A DNA stretch of 64,000 bases from Phoronis australis (taxonomy: Eukaryota; Animalia; Phoronida): assembly GCA_002633005.1 (NCBI GenBank), contig NMRA01000477.1, positions 169,249 to 233,248 on the forward strand, read 5' to 3'. Each line of letters opens with the position of its first letter. Position 1 is the first letter of the stretch. Below are positions 63,640 through 64,000 of the stretch, piece by piece. The notes beneath the pieces were generated by a model. The model saw only the letters and a program-made list of their open reading frames with translations. It ran no database searches and was not told the DNA's origin. The position numbers were made by a program, and so were the translations under genes.

Positions 63640-64000
63640 AATTTAGGGGGATGACCGTTCGCAGCCCTTGAGCATTTTTTAAAGTATGCAAATTAAGGTC
63701 GCCATTATGCAAAATTCTATTTTTGCTTATAATTTCCTTACCAAGCACTGCAGCCAGATAATTTTGACGTTTTTACCCATGTTTCCAAGGTCAAAAAAAT
63801 TAATAGTGCAAGTTTTTAGGTGAATACATTGTCAATTTGCATAAGTTATGCAAATTAAGACCGCCATTATGCCGGCAAAACTCTATCTTTGCTTATAATT
63901 TCCTTTTGGGTGAATACATCGTCAATTTGCATAATGTATGCAAATTAAGGCCGCCATTTTTCAAAATGTTATTTGTTCTAATAGCTATGGTACCAATCAC
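63640..64000. repeat. Interspersed repeat with internal TATGCAAATTAAG..CGCCATT units, running off the window
   Basis: Motif seen three times together with repeated TTTGCTTATAATTTCCTT and GGTGAATACAT. Confidence 0.6.

Noticed and set aside
1-64000. Functional clustering of PKHD1L1, astacin and SLC23 as one system (for example protease plus substrate)
   Set aside because: Adjacency alone is not evidence in an animal genome, and no shared regulation is visible.

Overview
Eukaryotic (metazoan, probably marine invertebrate) genomic DNA with three intron-rich genes; no prokaryotic features, RNA genes or CRISPR arrays were seen. (1) The 3' part of a fibrocystin-L/PKHD1L1-like gene on + (1-32976, about 31 exons: IPT/TIG repeats, two G8 + parallel beta-helix regions, furin-type sites, a SEA-like GSIVV module, one TM helix and an unusually long ~280 aa cytoplasmic tail). 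About 2.2 kb of it is duplicated across an N gap, most likely two haplotypes. (2) A small secreted astacin (M12A) metalloprotease gene on - (43842 to ~36548) whose pro-peptide is encoded by micro-exons; it appears to break before the Met-turn. (3) An SLC23/NAT (NCS2) nucleobase-ascorbate transporter gene on - (61157 to 48458; 5' exon(s) not found) with non-canonical substrate-binding residues. Introns and intergenic DNA hold a TTAA-flanked Kolobok-like element with a decayed THAP domain, several MITEs with 5-6 bp target-site duplications, a Helitron-like tandem-repeat element and short tandem repeats. All exon boundaries were inferred by hand from GT/AG signals and phase continuity.
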